In this document: positions 26,735-35,589 of the stretch, piece by piece
How positions within the stretch are numbered: position 1 is the stretch's first letter
Layout of the letters: the number at the start of each line of letters is the position of its first letter
Source of the DNA: Oscillospiraceae bacterium
GTDB lineage: Bacteria; Bacillota; Clostridia; Oscillospirales; Ruminococcaceae
Direction of reading: 5' to 3'
DNA length: 64,000 nucleotides
NCBI GenBank assembly: GCA_029007985.1
Contig: JAQXIW010000026.1
Location: 560 to 64,559, forward strand
The notes under the pieces: generated by a model
The model's database searches: none
Told to the model about the DNA's origin: nothing
Seen by the model: only the letters and a program-made list of their open reading frames with translations
Made by a program: the position numbers and the translations under genes

Positions 26735-27676
26735 ATGGCAAAGGGCATTGTTGTTTTAGGCGCGGTTTTTGTGGATATTAAGGGCTACCCGGAGGACACT
26801 TATATTCCGACCGGGCGAAATGTGGGCAGAATCGAACAGCTGCACGGCGGCGTGTCAAGAAATATTGCGGAGGACATCGCCAATGTGGAATTGAGACCGA
26901 CATTCGTCTCTCTCATTGACGACACCGGCTTGGGAGAGGATGTAAAGAACAAGCTGAGAGACCACAAGTGCAACACCGACTATATATGGGCTGTGCCTGA
27001 CGGTATGGGCACATGGATGGCTATTTTTGACAACAACGGCGATGTTGCCGGATCTATATCAAAGCGACCGGATTTGTCACCGATGGTGGATTATCTGGAA
27101 AAATACGGGGACGAGATATTTTCCGACTGCGACGCCATAGCCTTGGAATTTGACATGGATAAGGAAACCACTAAACTGGTTTTCAAATATGCCGAAAAGT
27201 ACAATAAACCTGTGTTTTCCGCCGTTTCAAATATGAGAATTGCCATTGAGAGAAGAGACCTTATGCTTAAATCACGGTGCTGCGTATGCAATCAGTTAGA
27301 GGCAGGTATTCTCTTTTCGGAAAACTACGAGGACAAAACCCCTCGGGAAATGGTGGAGATAATTTCTCAAAAAGTCGTAAATTCCGACATTGCCGAAATG
27401 GTGGTAACTCTTGGCGGCGACGGCGCGGTTTATGCCGACAAATACGGCAACAAGGGCATTGTTGCGCCTAACAAAGTCGATGTCATCGACACAACCGGCG
27501 CCGGTGACGCTTTCTTTGCCGGCGTAGTCATAGGCTGTACCTACGGAAAGAGTCTTGCCGAGGCGTGCGTCATCGGTACAAGACTGGCGCGGAGCGTCAT
27601 TCAGTCAAAGGACAATGTCTGCCCGAGATTTCAGCCGAGCGAATTCGGCATAACCGTACCCGACTATATAAAATAA
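26735..27676 (+). CDS. PfkB family carbohydrate/nucleoside kinase (pseudouridine kinase-like)
   Basis: GGVSRNIAEDIA and DTTGAGDAFFAG motifs of the ribokinase/PfkB superfamily. Confidence 0.85.
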   Translation: MAKGIVVLGAVFVDIKGYPEDTYIPTGRNVGRIEQLHGGVSRNIAEDIANVELRPTFVSLIDDTGLGEDVKNKLRDHKCNTDYIWAVPDGMGTWMAIFDNNGDVAGSISKRPDLSPMVDYLEKYGDEIFSDCDAIALEFDMDKETTKLVFKYAEKYNKPVFSAVSNMRIAIERRDLMLKSRCCVCNQLEAGILFSENYEDKTPREMVEIISQKVVNSDIAEMVVTLGGDGAVYADKYGNKGIVAPNKVDVIDTTGAGDAFFAGVVIGCTYGKSLAEACVIGTRLARSVIQSKDNVCPRFQPSEFGITVPDYIK

Positions 27677-27696
27677 AGAAATATAAGGAGTATACT

Positions 27697-28269
27697 ATGA
27701 ATCCGGTACTTACATTTGAACTTGAAAACGGCAAAAACATCGTTGTGGAACTTTTGCCGGACAATGCGCCGAACGCTGTGAACAGCATTTTGTCCGTCGC
27801 CATGCGAGGCGGTATGGACAACCATAAGATACAGAGAATTGTGCCGGGCAAATGGATAGATTTGTCCTATTCCGCGTTCAACAGGGCGGAAAATCAGTAT
27901 TTAATTCCAAAGGAATACGATTTGCACCCGGAAATCGAGCCGCTGGATTCTCACCCGGGCTGCGCCTGTCTGGGCGGCTACGGCGACAGGGGCTTGGCTT
28001 CCTGTGAGATATTCTTCCCGGTCAAAGACTGCCCTGAGCACAAGGGCGTATATCCTGTCATCGGCAAAGTCGTCGAGGGCATGGACGAGATATACCGTCT
28101 GGAAAAAGTGGCGACAAAGCCTGTACCTTTCCCTTACGAAGGCGTAGAGGTCAACGAGCCGCTGACGCCGGAAATCATCACAAAGGTGACAGTGCAATTA
28201 AACGGCTATGAGCCGCAGGAGCCTGTAAAAATGCCGGGCGACTGGAAGCCGCGGACATGGAAGGCGTGA
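27697..28269 (+). CDS. Cyclophilin-like peptidyl-prolyl isomerase family protein
   Basis: ELENGKNIVVELLPDNAPNAVNSIL and GKVVEGMDEIYRLE resemble cyclophilin-type PPIases. Start set at the ATG after AAGGAG. Confidence 0.6.
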   Translation: MNPVLTFELENGKNIVVELLPDNAPNAVNSILSVAMRGGMDNHKIQRIVPGKWIDLSYSAFNRAENQYLIPKEYDLHPEIEPLDSHPGCACLGGYGDRGLASCEIFFPVKDCPEHKGVYPVIGKVVEGMDEIYRLEKVATKPVPFPYEGVEVNEPLTPEIITKVTVQLNGYEPQEPVKMPGDWKPRTWKA

Positions 28270-28289
28270 GGTAATTGTCAGTATACAGC

Positions 28290-28940
28290 CGAATGTGCAA
28301 ATCACCGACCGAGCCGACAGGCGGTTTTGGCGTATAAGAAAGACAAACTTGGCCCCTTTTAGATAAAGGGGGCTGTCTGCGAAGCAGACTGGGGGATTGA
28401 AAACATCGACCAAATCGACTCTATTCTTTTGTTAATAATATTATTAAGCATGGCTCCACTTGTCAGGGGAGCTGTCACCGAAGGTGACTGAGGGGTAGTC
28501 TTTGTAAGTAATCATTGCAATTATGTTATGTTTTTTCTCTCCCTCCGTCAAAAATCATAGATTTTTGCCACCTCCCTCATCAGAGAGAGGCTTACTGAAA
28601 CAAATCTATATCAAAAGACGAAATTCTTTTTCTTTATCGTCTATCCCCACCGTCAAAAGTTTTCAACTTTTGCCACTGTCTCAACTGTCGGTGCTTCTGA
28701 ACATAAATGTTCGGAGGTCGCCTTCGGCGACCCACACCCCTTTGTATAAAAGGGGGAGACTTTCTTTAATAATTCTGCTTTCAAAAATACCGTAGGGGAC
28801 GATGCCCACATCGTCCCGCAAATTATTTACCGATAGAAATTATATAATAACTGTTTTGACAGCAAATTTGTTGTTATTCCGTTCTCTCTCCGTCTTGGCT
28901 TACGCAAATCCACCTCTCTCGTCAAAGAGTGGCTTGCGGC
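28290..28940. repeat. Repeat cluster C: W module, G-variant arm, composite unit 4, an X arm with an internal insertion, a Z hairpin and a solo X arm
   Basis: Modules at 28303-28323, 28349-28399, 28448-28595, 28640-28763, 28791-28820 and 28881-28937. Module order is colinear with cluster B. Confidence 0.85.
28448..28595. repeat. Composite palindromic unit 4 (Y arm 28448-28500, X arm 28535-28595)
   Basis: GCATGGCTCCACTTGTCAGGGGAGCTGTCACCGAAGGTGACTGAGGGGTAGTC ... TTCTCTCCCTCCGTCAAAAATCATAGATTTTTGCCACCTCCCTCATCAGAGAGAGGCTTAC. Confidence 0.8.
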
Positions 28941-29106
28941 ATTTTCATAAACAGACTTTTCGTCGTTGCTACTCTCCATATATGCAATTTTTACAGTTTT
29001 ATGCCGTGTTTTTGATTAAAACATAGAAAATGTTTTAGTTTGTTTACAGTTTTACCCGAATAATTTATAATATAATAAATTACTATGTAAAAAGGAGATT
29101 ACCGAT

Positions 29107-29670
29107 ATGGCAAAAATTAAAGCCGGAGAAAAATTCCCTAACTACACCGTTGATTCCGTTTACGGAACGGATGTTATCAAGGGCACAACAATCGAAAAAA
29201 TTATGAACGGCAAGCCGACAATGTTCTGGTTCCAGAGATATATGGGCTGTCCGCCTTGCAGACTCGATGTTCATCTGCTTGTTATGAACTATGAAAAATT
29301 CGTTGAAAAAGGCGTTGAAGTCGTAGTAGTAATGCAGTCAAAGCCTGAAATCGTCCTTAAGGATATGGTCGACAAGACTCTTCCGTTCCACCTTATCTGT
29401 GACCCGACAGAGTCGATTTACAAGGATTTGGAAATCGGTGATATGGAAAAAGACTCCATGACAGAGGCCGATATGGCAAAATTTGCCGTCAAGAGAGAAA
29501 TGATGGCTGCCGAGCCTGAAAAGTACGAGCACGGCGAATACGAGGGCAACGAGGCACAGGCTCCGGCATGGTTCTGGCTGGACAAAGATATGACCGTCAT
29601 CGAGGCTCACTACGCAAAGAATATCGCCGATATGCCGCTTGCACAGGAAGCTTTGGACAAAATCAAATAA
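29107..29670 (+). CDS. Thioredoxin-fold redoxin / AhpC-TSA-like protein
   Basis: GKPTMFWFQRYMGCPPCR (CPPC active-site-like motif) in a peroxiredoxin-like context. RBS AAAAGGAGA. Confidence 0.7.
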   Translation: MAKIKAGEKFPNYTVDSVYGTDVIKGTTIEKIMNGKPTMFWFQRYMGCPPCRLDVHLLVMNYEKFVEKGVEVVVVMQSKPEIVLKDMVDKTLPFHLICDPTESIYKDLEIGDMEKDSMTEADMAKFAVKREMMAAEPEKYEHGEYEGNEAQAPAWFWLDKDMTVIEAHYAKNIADMPLAQEALDKIK

Positions 29671-29755
29671 TTAAAAAAATAATGGGCGAGCAATCGCCTT
29701 TTATTTTTCCCACAAAATATGGTATAATATTCAAAACATTTAAGGCGGTCAGTTT

Positions 29756-30322
29756 ATGTATGAGGATATTTTCAACGAAATAAAAGAAAAATCAAAGGGC
29801 AGAGACAGATTTTTAATTTGTGTTGACGGCAAATGCGGTTCCGGCAAGACGGTGTTTTGCGAAATGCTGCAAAAAGAGTTGGATACGGATTTGGTGCACA
29901 TAGACTATTTCTATTTGCCGATAAAGGAAAGACCGGAAAATTTTGATAAAATCCCACGGGGCAATATGGATTTACGGCGATTTGAAAAGACGGTTTTACA
30001 GCCGTTCAAAGAGGGCAAGCCGGTCACCTATTACCGTTTTCAGAACATGGGTCAGTACAGGGCGGAGGACATTTCCCTGACGGGCAGGAAAATTTTAGTC
30101 ATCGACGGCTCTTATTCCATGCATCCGAATTTGGAAAACTACTATGATTTGAAAATATTTATGACCTGTTCCGACGAGAAACAGACGGAAAGGCTGAAAA
30201 AACGCGAGGGCGACAGGTACGAATTTTTCAAACAGTGGGTGGGTAAGGAAATTTTCTACCACAGGGTTTTTGACATTGAAAGCAAGGCGGACATGCTCAT
30301 CGACACCACAGAGCTTTTCTAA
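29756..30322 (+). CDS. P-loop NTPase, uridine-kinase-like
   Basis: Walker A VDGKCGSGKT, then LVIDGSY. Size and layout match uridine/cytidine-kinase-like proteins. Confidence 0.65.
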   Translation: MYEDIFNEIKEKSKGRDRFLICVDGKCGSGKTVFCEMLQKELDTDLVHIDYFYLPIKERPENFDKIPRGNMDLRRFEKTVLQPFKEGKPVTYYRFQNMGQYRAEDISLTGRKILVIDGSYSMHPNLENYYDLKIFMTCSDEKQTERLKKREGDRYEFFKQWVGKEIFYHRVFDIESKADMLIDTTELF

Positions 30323-30401
30323 ATTACTGTTTACAAAACGGCAATAAAATTATATAATTATAGTAATGCAATAAAATGAAGAATAATATGGAGTGCAAAT
30401 T

Positions 30402-30698
30402 ATGTTCAATTTATACGATTTTGAGACAAAATTTCAGGATTTTGAAACAAAGCTGAAAGAGACCGTAGACGGCGAAGAATACGAGGAAATCGGCAAAGAA
30501 AATCCGGCGAGAGTCGTTACAAGAATCTATGTCAAAATGTGCAGACCGCAGATGTATTTCGGCGTGGACAAAAAAGCCGAATACGAGGGCGTTGTGGATA
30601 TGATGGCACAGTTCATCAAAGACTATCCGGAATTTCCTGAAATGCAGAAATTCCACACGGATTTTGACACTTATGTTTCGGAAGAATTCAGAAAATAA
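30402..30698 (+). CDS. Hypothetical acidic protein
   Basis: 98-aa ORF. ATG lies 8 nt after GGAG. No family recognised. Confidence 0.45.
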   Translation: MFNLYDFETKFQDFETKLKETVDGEEYEEIGKENPARVVTRIYVKMCRPQMYFGVDKKAEYEGVVDMMAQFIKDYPEFPEMQKFHTDFDTYVSEEFRK

Positions 30699-30732
30699 AA
30701 ATATGTCAGACGGCGTACCGTCTGACATTTTT

Positions 30733-32100
30733 TTACGCTTTTGCGCTTTTTGCCGCGCGCAGTTTTTTCATTATCGCCAAAAATTCAACAGATACAACAA
30801 CCGTTGCGGCTATCCAAGCTGTCTGGTCGGTAAAGCATACGCCGATGTAACCGGTGGCAGGTATCACAAACAGAGCCATAACGCCGCGGGCGATAAGCTC
30901 GGACAGGCCGGCTATCATAGCAAGCCCCGAATAACCCAGACCCTGCACCGACATTCTGATTACATTCAGAGCCGCCACAATCATAAAGAAGAAGGACACG
31001 CATTTGAGATTGAGAGTTACCAGTGAGAGTACCTCGACTTCTGCGGCGTCTACGAAAATGAGAGCCAGTCTGCCGCCGACCGTCATAAAAATCAAGCCGA
31101 CGACAAAGCCGTAAATTTCCGATACAATAGTAGCCGATTTTACGCCCTGTGGGATTCTGTCCAAATTGCCCGCGCCCAAATTCTGTGATACGAATGTCGC
31201 GCTGGCAGAGGCAAAGCCGTCAAAAGGAGCCATGGCGAACTGCTTTATTTTCTGCGTCGCCGTATAGGAAGCCACATACACCGTACCCAGAGAGTTTACG
31301 GCGGATTGCAGCATTACCGTGCCGATGGCGGTTATGGAAAACTGCAAGCCCATAGGCAAGCCCATCATACACAGTTTGCGCATTTTTCTGCCCACTATCG
31401 CCAATTCGCCTTTTTCAAACTTCAAGACAGGGTACCGGTTCTTCATATAGATAAGGCAGAGTATGCCCGACACCGCCTGTGAAATAATTGTGGCGTAAGC
31501 CGCGCCGGCAACGCCGATTTTCAAAACTATGATGAAAACCAAATCGAGAATGACATTCAAAACAGCCGAAAGCACCAAAAACTTAAACGGGGTTTTTGAG
31601 TCGCCCAACGCTCTGATGAATGACGAAAGCGTGTTGTAGAGAACGGTGAAAGGTATGCCGGCAAAAATGATGACAAGATAGGCGTAAGAGCCGTCTATGA
31701 TGTCCGCCGGGGTTTTCATAACCGTCAAAATTGTGCGGCAGAGCAAAACCGTCCGCACAGTGATAACAGCTGACATACCCCGAGCAAGATATGAGGCGTT
31801 TGCGATGTATTTTCTCATGCTGTCGTATCTCTGTGCGCCGAATTTTTGTGCCACCGGAATACCGAAGCCCTGACACATACCCATACAAAAACCGAGTATC
31901 AAGAATGTGACCGAGCCGGTTGAGCCCACCGCCGAAAGAGCCGAAAGGCCTAAATATTTACCCACTATAATAGTGTCTACCAAGTTATATAATTGCTGAA
32001 ATATGCTGCCCATAATGAGAGGTATAGCAAAGCCGATGATGAGAGACATCGGATTGCCCGCCGTCATATCGCGCATATTTGATTTTTTTGTGTTGCTCAT
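30733..32100 (-). CDS. MATE family efflux transporter
   Basis: 455-aa 12-TM protein. N-terminal MTAGNPMSLIIGFAIPLIMGSIFQQLYNLVDTIIVG is typical of MATE. Start set at the ATG after GGGGGTG. Confidence 0.9.
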   Translation of the reverse strand: MSNTKKSNMRDMTAGNPMSLIIGFAIPLIMGSIFQQLYNLVDTIIVGKYLGLSALSAVGSTGSVTFLILGFCMGMCQGFGIPVAQKFGAQRYDSMRKYIANASYLARGMSAVITVRTVLLCRTILTVMKTPADIIDGSYAYLVIIFAGIPFTVLYNTLSSFIRALGDSKTPFKFLVLSAVLNVILDLVFIIVLKIGVAGAAYATIISQAVSGILCLIYMKNRYPVLKFEKGELAIVGRKMRKLCMMGLPMGLQFSITAIGTVMLQSAVNSLGTVYVASYTATQKIKQFAMAPFDGFASASATFVSQNLGAGNLDRIPQGVKSATIVSEIYGFVVGLIFMTVGGRLALIFVDAAEVEVLSLVTLNLKCVSFFFMIVAALNVIRMSVQGLGYSGLAMIAGLSELIARGVMALFVIPATGYIGVCFTDQTAWIAATVVVSVEFLAIMKKLRAAKSAKA

Positions 32101-32239
32101 ATTTTCACCCCCCTGGAAAAAATCGAATGAATTATAGCAAAAAGACCCGAAAAAATCAACAAAAAAATTACACAATTTTTGTATCTGTAAACAAATTTTA
32201 ATTGTTAAAAAATAAAAATCACCGCAAGCGGTGACTTTA

Positions 32240-32875
32240 TCAAAGTATAATATCGCAAAATTCGGTTAGGGAATCCACGACCTTTGCCCCGGTGACCTCC
32301 AATCGACTGCGGCTCTGATGACCCCGACAGGTGAGAACGCACCCGACGCCTATTGCCTTTGACACATCGTAATCGTGGGTGGAATCGCCTATCATCACGG
32401 CCGTATCTCTGTCGATTTGGGCTTTTTTCATCCAATTTATTGCGGCGTCTATCTTGCCGTGACCGTGTATGGAGTCTGTGCCTATCACGGCGTCAAAATA
32501 GCCGGCTATGCCGAATTTTTCCACCTGGTTTTTGAGATTGTTTTGTTCGGTGGCGGACAGAATAACCATTTTGACTCCCCGATTTTTCAGCCTTTCAAAA
32601 ACTTCCGTTACGTCCGGCATCAGTGGACAGTTTATGAATGTGCGATTAAATTCGTCTATGAACTCAGCCGACATCACCTCAAAAGGATCGTTGTCAAAGT
32701 TTATACCCATCGAGCGATAGTAGTCGATGACCGGGAAGCCGAAATGCTCTTTATAATATTCCAATGTGACGGGCTTGTAGCCTCTTTTCATCAGCAATTC
32801 GTTTTCGATGTCGACGGAAAACCGCGCGTCGTCGATGATTGTGCCGTTGAAGTCAAAAATTACAGTTTTTATCAT
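32240..32875 (-). CDS. HAD-superfamily hydrolase (phosphatase)
   Basis: Motif I VIFDFNGTIID, and motif IV MIGDSTHD. Confidence 0.85.
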   Translation of the reverse strand: MIKTVIFDFNGTIIDDARFSVDIENELLMKRGYKPVTLEYYKEHFGFPVIDYYRSMGINFDNDPFEVMSAEFIDEFNRTFINCPLMPDVTEVFERLKNRGVKMVILSATEQNNLKNQVEKFGIAGYFDAVIGTDSIHGHGKIDAAINWMKKAQIDRDTAVMIGDSTHDYDVSKAIGVGCVLTCRGHQSRSRLEVTGAKVVDSLTEFCDIIL

Positions 32876-32949
32876 TTGTGTTCAGCCTTTGCGTTCAAAT
32901 GGGATTTTACAAATTATATCACGAAAGCTCTGCTTTTCAAAAGGGTTTT

Positions 32950-33483
32950 TCAAAAACAGTTAATTTCTGTTTCTATTTCAGACAAAGCGTCAAAATCAAT
33001 AAATGACACTTTTTTGTTGTATGTGTCAATCATTGCCTGTGTTTCGGCATTTCGTTTTTCCGCCGGTATGCCTGACGCCTTTTTGTACAGCAGGGACATC
33101 ATAACCTTGTGCTTAAATCCCGGTTTTGAATAGTCGAGACCGCCCCTTAGGTAAAAAATCTTTGCGCTTTCAAATATTTCTTTTGACAGCTGTGTTTTCA
33201 TTGAGTTTTCAATGTTCCGTATGTTTTCGGCGTCTGTCGAGTCGGCAAGACCCACGGTGGCTATGACAATATTTTTGCCATCTGCGGTCTTCAGATTTTC
33301 AAATGTCTTTTTCATACCCAGTACGCCGCCGGCGTAAAGCGCGCCGATGTATATTATTGTACCGTATTTTTCTATGTTTTCCACATTGTTAAAAGCGACA
33401 ACCGGTATACCCGTCCTTTTGCCCAATTCATCGGCGTAGGCTTTTGCCGTGCCGTACCCCGAGCCGTAAATAATAATTTTCAT
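32950..33483 (-). CDS. Flavodoxin-domain protein (HemG-like)
   Basis: MKIIIYGSGYGTAKAYADEL N-terminal flavodoxin-like fold. Confidence 0.7.
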   Translation of the reverse strand: MKIIIYGSGYGTAKAYADELGKRTGIPVVAFNNVENIEKYGTIIYIGALYAGGVLGMKKTFENLKTADGKNIVIATVGLADSTDAENIRNIENSMKTQLSKEIFESAKIFYLRGGLDYSKPGFKHKVMMSLLYKKASGIPAEKRNAETQAMIDTYNKKVSFIDFDALSEIETEINCF

Positions 33484-33537
33484 TCATTTCTCTGTATAAA
33501 CAGTTGTAAATCCGCATGGAGCCTGTCGGTCTCGGTT

Positions 33538-33717
33538 TTATTCTTTTACCAACACATAGCCGATGAAACAGCCGCTTGCAGCCCCGTACAAAACCGAGTT
33601 GACCGCGCTGGAGCGCAAAGGGCACGCCCCGGTAGGACAGCCTAAAAAACGAAACATCAAATACCCCACAAATGCGCCGCCCAGAGCACAAAGTAAAAAT
33701 ATGACAGCTTTTTTCAC
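33538..33717 (-). CDS. Small two-TM membrane protein (59 aa, below the ORF-track cutoff)
   Basis: GTG start after AGGGGGCG. Translation is VKKAVIFLLCALGGAFVGYLMFRFLGCPTGACPLRSSAVNSVLYGAASGCFIGYVLVKE. Confidence 0.45.
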   Translation of the reverse strand: MKKAVIFLLCALGGAFVGYLMFRFLGCPTGACPLRSSAVNSVLYGAASGCFIGYVLVKE

Positions 33718-33811
33718 AGACTTCGCCCCCTTTGTATTATTATAAATTATTCATATATATAATGCAACAGCACAAAATTTATGATATAATTAAAAAAAGC
33801 GAGGTGTTTTT

Positions 33812-34165
33812 ATGACATTTATTTGGTATCCAAAATGCTCCACCTGTGTAAAGGCCAAAAAGTGGCTGGAAGCAAAGGGCGTAGACTTTATACCGAGACA
33901 TATTGTACGGCAAAACCCGACCGCCGAAGAACTCAAAGAGTGGCACAAAATAAGCGGCCTGCCTCTCAAAAAATTCTTTAACACAAGCGGCAATTTATAC
34001 AAGACAATGGGCTTAAAAGACAAGCTTGCCGATATGACAGACCGGGAAATGTACGACCTTTTGGCGAGCGACGGTATGTTGGTTAAAAGGCCGCTGGTGA
34101 TAGGCGACGGCTTCGTTCTGGTCGGTTTCAAGGAAGCTGAGTGGGCGGAAAAATTAAAATTATGA
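33812..34165 (+). CDS. ArsC/Spx-family thioredoxin-fold protein
   Basis: MTFIWYPKCSTCVKAKKWL...LVKRPLV pattern of the ArsC/YffB/Spx family. Confidence 0.85.
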   Translation: MTFIWYPKCSTCVKAKKWLEAKGVDFIPRHIVRQNPTAEELKEWHKISGLPLKKFFNTSGNLYKTMGLKDKLADMTDREMYDLLASDGMLVKRPLVIGDGFVLVGFKEAEWAEKLKL

Positions 34166-34168
34166 CAG

Positions 34169-34375
34169 ATGAGCAAATACAGTCGGCTGTGGCAGCGGGT
34201 GAAGGACAGAGACTGCGATATGCTCACTTTGACTTTTGCCGAGATTGCGGCTGTTCCGGGATTTGAAATCGACCATTCTTTTTTGAGCTGCAAAAAGGAA
34301 TTGGCGGAATACGGCTGCAAGGTCGGCAAAATTTCTATGAAAAATAAAACTTTGACTTTTGAAAAATTAAAGTAA
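34169..34375 (+). CDS. Hypothetical small protein
   Basis: 68-aa ORF starting 4 nt after the upstream stop. Confidence 0.45.
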   Translation: MSKYSRLWQRVKDRDCDMLTLTFAEIAAVPGFEIDHSFLSCKKELAEYGCKVGKISMKNKTLTFEKLK

Positions 34376-34505
34376 TTGACGGATTGTTTTTGCAAAAAAA
34401 TATGTATTTTCGGCGTAAAAAATAATAAATTATCGGCTATTTTTAATATTTTTTTGAAATGCTCTTTACTTTTTTGTGAAATGTGATATACTGAAAAAGT
34501 CAAAA

Positions 34506-34581
34506 GGGCCATTAGCTCAGCCGGGAGAGCGCCAGGTTCGCAATCTGGAGGCCAGGGGTTCGATCCCCCTATGGTCCACCA
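34506..34581 (+). tRNA. tRNA-Ala (anticodon CGC)
   Basis: Cloverleaf GGGCCAT/ATGGTCC acceptor stem with the G3:U70 alanine identity pair. Anticodon loop TTCGCAA, GGTTCGATCC T arm, and an encoded CCA. Confidence 0.95.
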
Positions 34582-34625
34582 AAACTAAATCAAAGCCGCG
34601 GCTTATATTCACGGCAAGCGCAAAT

Positions 34626-34649
34626 GCACCTTGAAAAAGGTGCTTTTTT
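34626..34649 (+). terminator. Rho-independent terminator after tRNA-Ala
   Basis: GCACC-TTGAAAAA-GGTGC followed by TTTTTT. Confidence 0.65.
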
Positions 34650-34688
34650 ACTTGACCGGGCGGCAAATTTTCAAAAACAGGGGTAATT

Positions 34689-35213
34689 ATGCGCTTTTTT
34701 CGGCATCTGCACACCGTAAACACACACAGAAAAAATGTCAGAAAACTTTGCTTTAAGGCCGGCCTCTATTGGCAGGGCCTCACTCACGATTTGTCAAAAT
34801 ATTCGCCGTCGGAATTTATCCCCGGGGTGAAATATTACCAGGGCGACAGAAGTCCGAACGAAAAGGAGAGGGAGCTTTTAGGCTATTCGCCGGCGTGGAT
34901 GCACCACAAGGGCAGAAACAAGCACCACATAGAGTATTGGAACGATTTTAATTATGTGACAAAGAAAATCGAGCCTGTGCCTATGCCGAGAAAATATGTG
35001 GCGGAAATGTTCTGTGACAGGGTGGCGGCGTGCAAGACCTATCAAAAAGAAAAGTATACCGACCGCTCTGCGCTGGATTATTTCAACAGACGACGGGGCC
35101 ATCGTTGGATTGCCGACCAAACCGAGCGGGAACTGGGCTTTTTACTCAATATGCTGCGGGAAAAAGGCGAAAAAGAGACTTTTGAATATATTAAAAAGTG
35201 GGTTAGGGAATAG
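34689..35213 (+). CDS. DUF5662-like protein
   Basis: GLTHDLSKYSPSEFIPGVKYYQGDRSPN..E......SPAWMHHKGRNKHHIEYW resembles the DUF5662 family from memory. Confidence 0.6.
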   Translation: MRFFRHLHTVNTHRKNVRKLCFKAGLYWQGLTHDLSKYSPSEFIPGVKYYQGDRSPNEKERELLGYSPAWMHHKGRNKHHIEYWNDFNYVTKKIEPVPMPRKYVAEMFCDRVAACKTYQKEKYTDRSALDYFNRRRGHRWIADQTERELGFLLNMLREKGEKETFEYIKKWVRE

Positions 35214-35383
35214 TTTAGAAAAAACAAAAAGCGGCGGTTAGCCGCTTTTTAATATTGCAATGAAAAATCGTATTTGTATAAATCTATAAGTAAATTTTGT
35301 ATCGCGCGATTAAGTCCGGTCGAAAATATTTGTCAATATACCTAACTTTAAGTTGTCAAACAAAATAAAAACGCAAACAAAAA

Positions 35384-35500
35384 GTCAGCACCGTCCTATT
35401 TTCCCGGGGCGTCGCCACCCAAGTATTTTCGGCGCTGCTCAGCTTAACTTCTGTGTTCGGCATGGGAACAGGTGGATCCTGAGCGCTATCGGCACTGACC
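35384..35500 (-). rRNA. rrf: 5S ribosomal RNA, stand-alone copy
   Basis: Minus strand reads GTCAGTGCCGATAGCG...CACCTGTTCCCATGCCGAACACAGAAGTTAAGC...AGCGCCGA...GGGAAAATAGGACGGTGCTGAC. Conserved 5S loop and helix blocks are present, and the terminal helix GTCAGTGCC/GGTGCTGAC closes. Confidence 0.9.
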
Positions 35501-35507
35501 GAAAAGT

Positions 35508-35536
35508 AATATATCATACATTTTAGTAAAAATCAA
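35508..35536 (-). promoter_or_regulatory. Sigma-A type promoter of the orphan 5S gene
   Basis: Minus strand TTGATT, 17-nt spacer, TATATT. The -10 element ends ~7 nt before the 5S 5' end. Confidence 0.6.
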
Positions 35537-35589
35537 GAACATTTTTGATATTTTGTGATATAATGTAAAAAAGACTGCGGGTAAACGAT

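Noticed and set aside
29684-29708. Three terminators share nearly the same stem-loop with a GCAA loop (GGCGAGCAATCGCC at 29685, CCCCGAGCAATCGGGG at 58421, GGGCGAGCAATCGCCC at 60874), which could indicate another repeat family.
   Set aside because: They are short GC stems with a stable tetraloop at the ends of unrelated genes, and the flanks are not similar. Convergent terminator design is the simpler explanation.
34506-35536. tRNA-Ala followed by a DUF5662-like gene and the orphan 5S could mark an integrated mobile element.
   Set aside because: I found no integrase, no direct repeat of the tRNA 3' end, and no phage or conjugation genes nearby.
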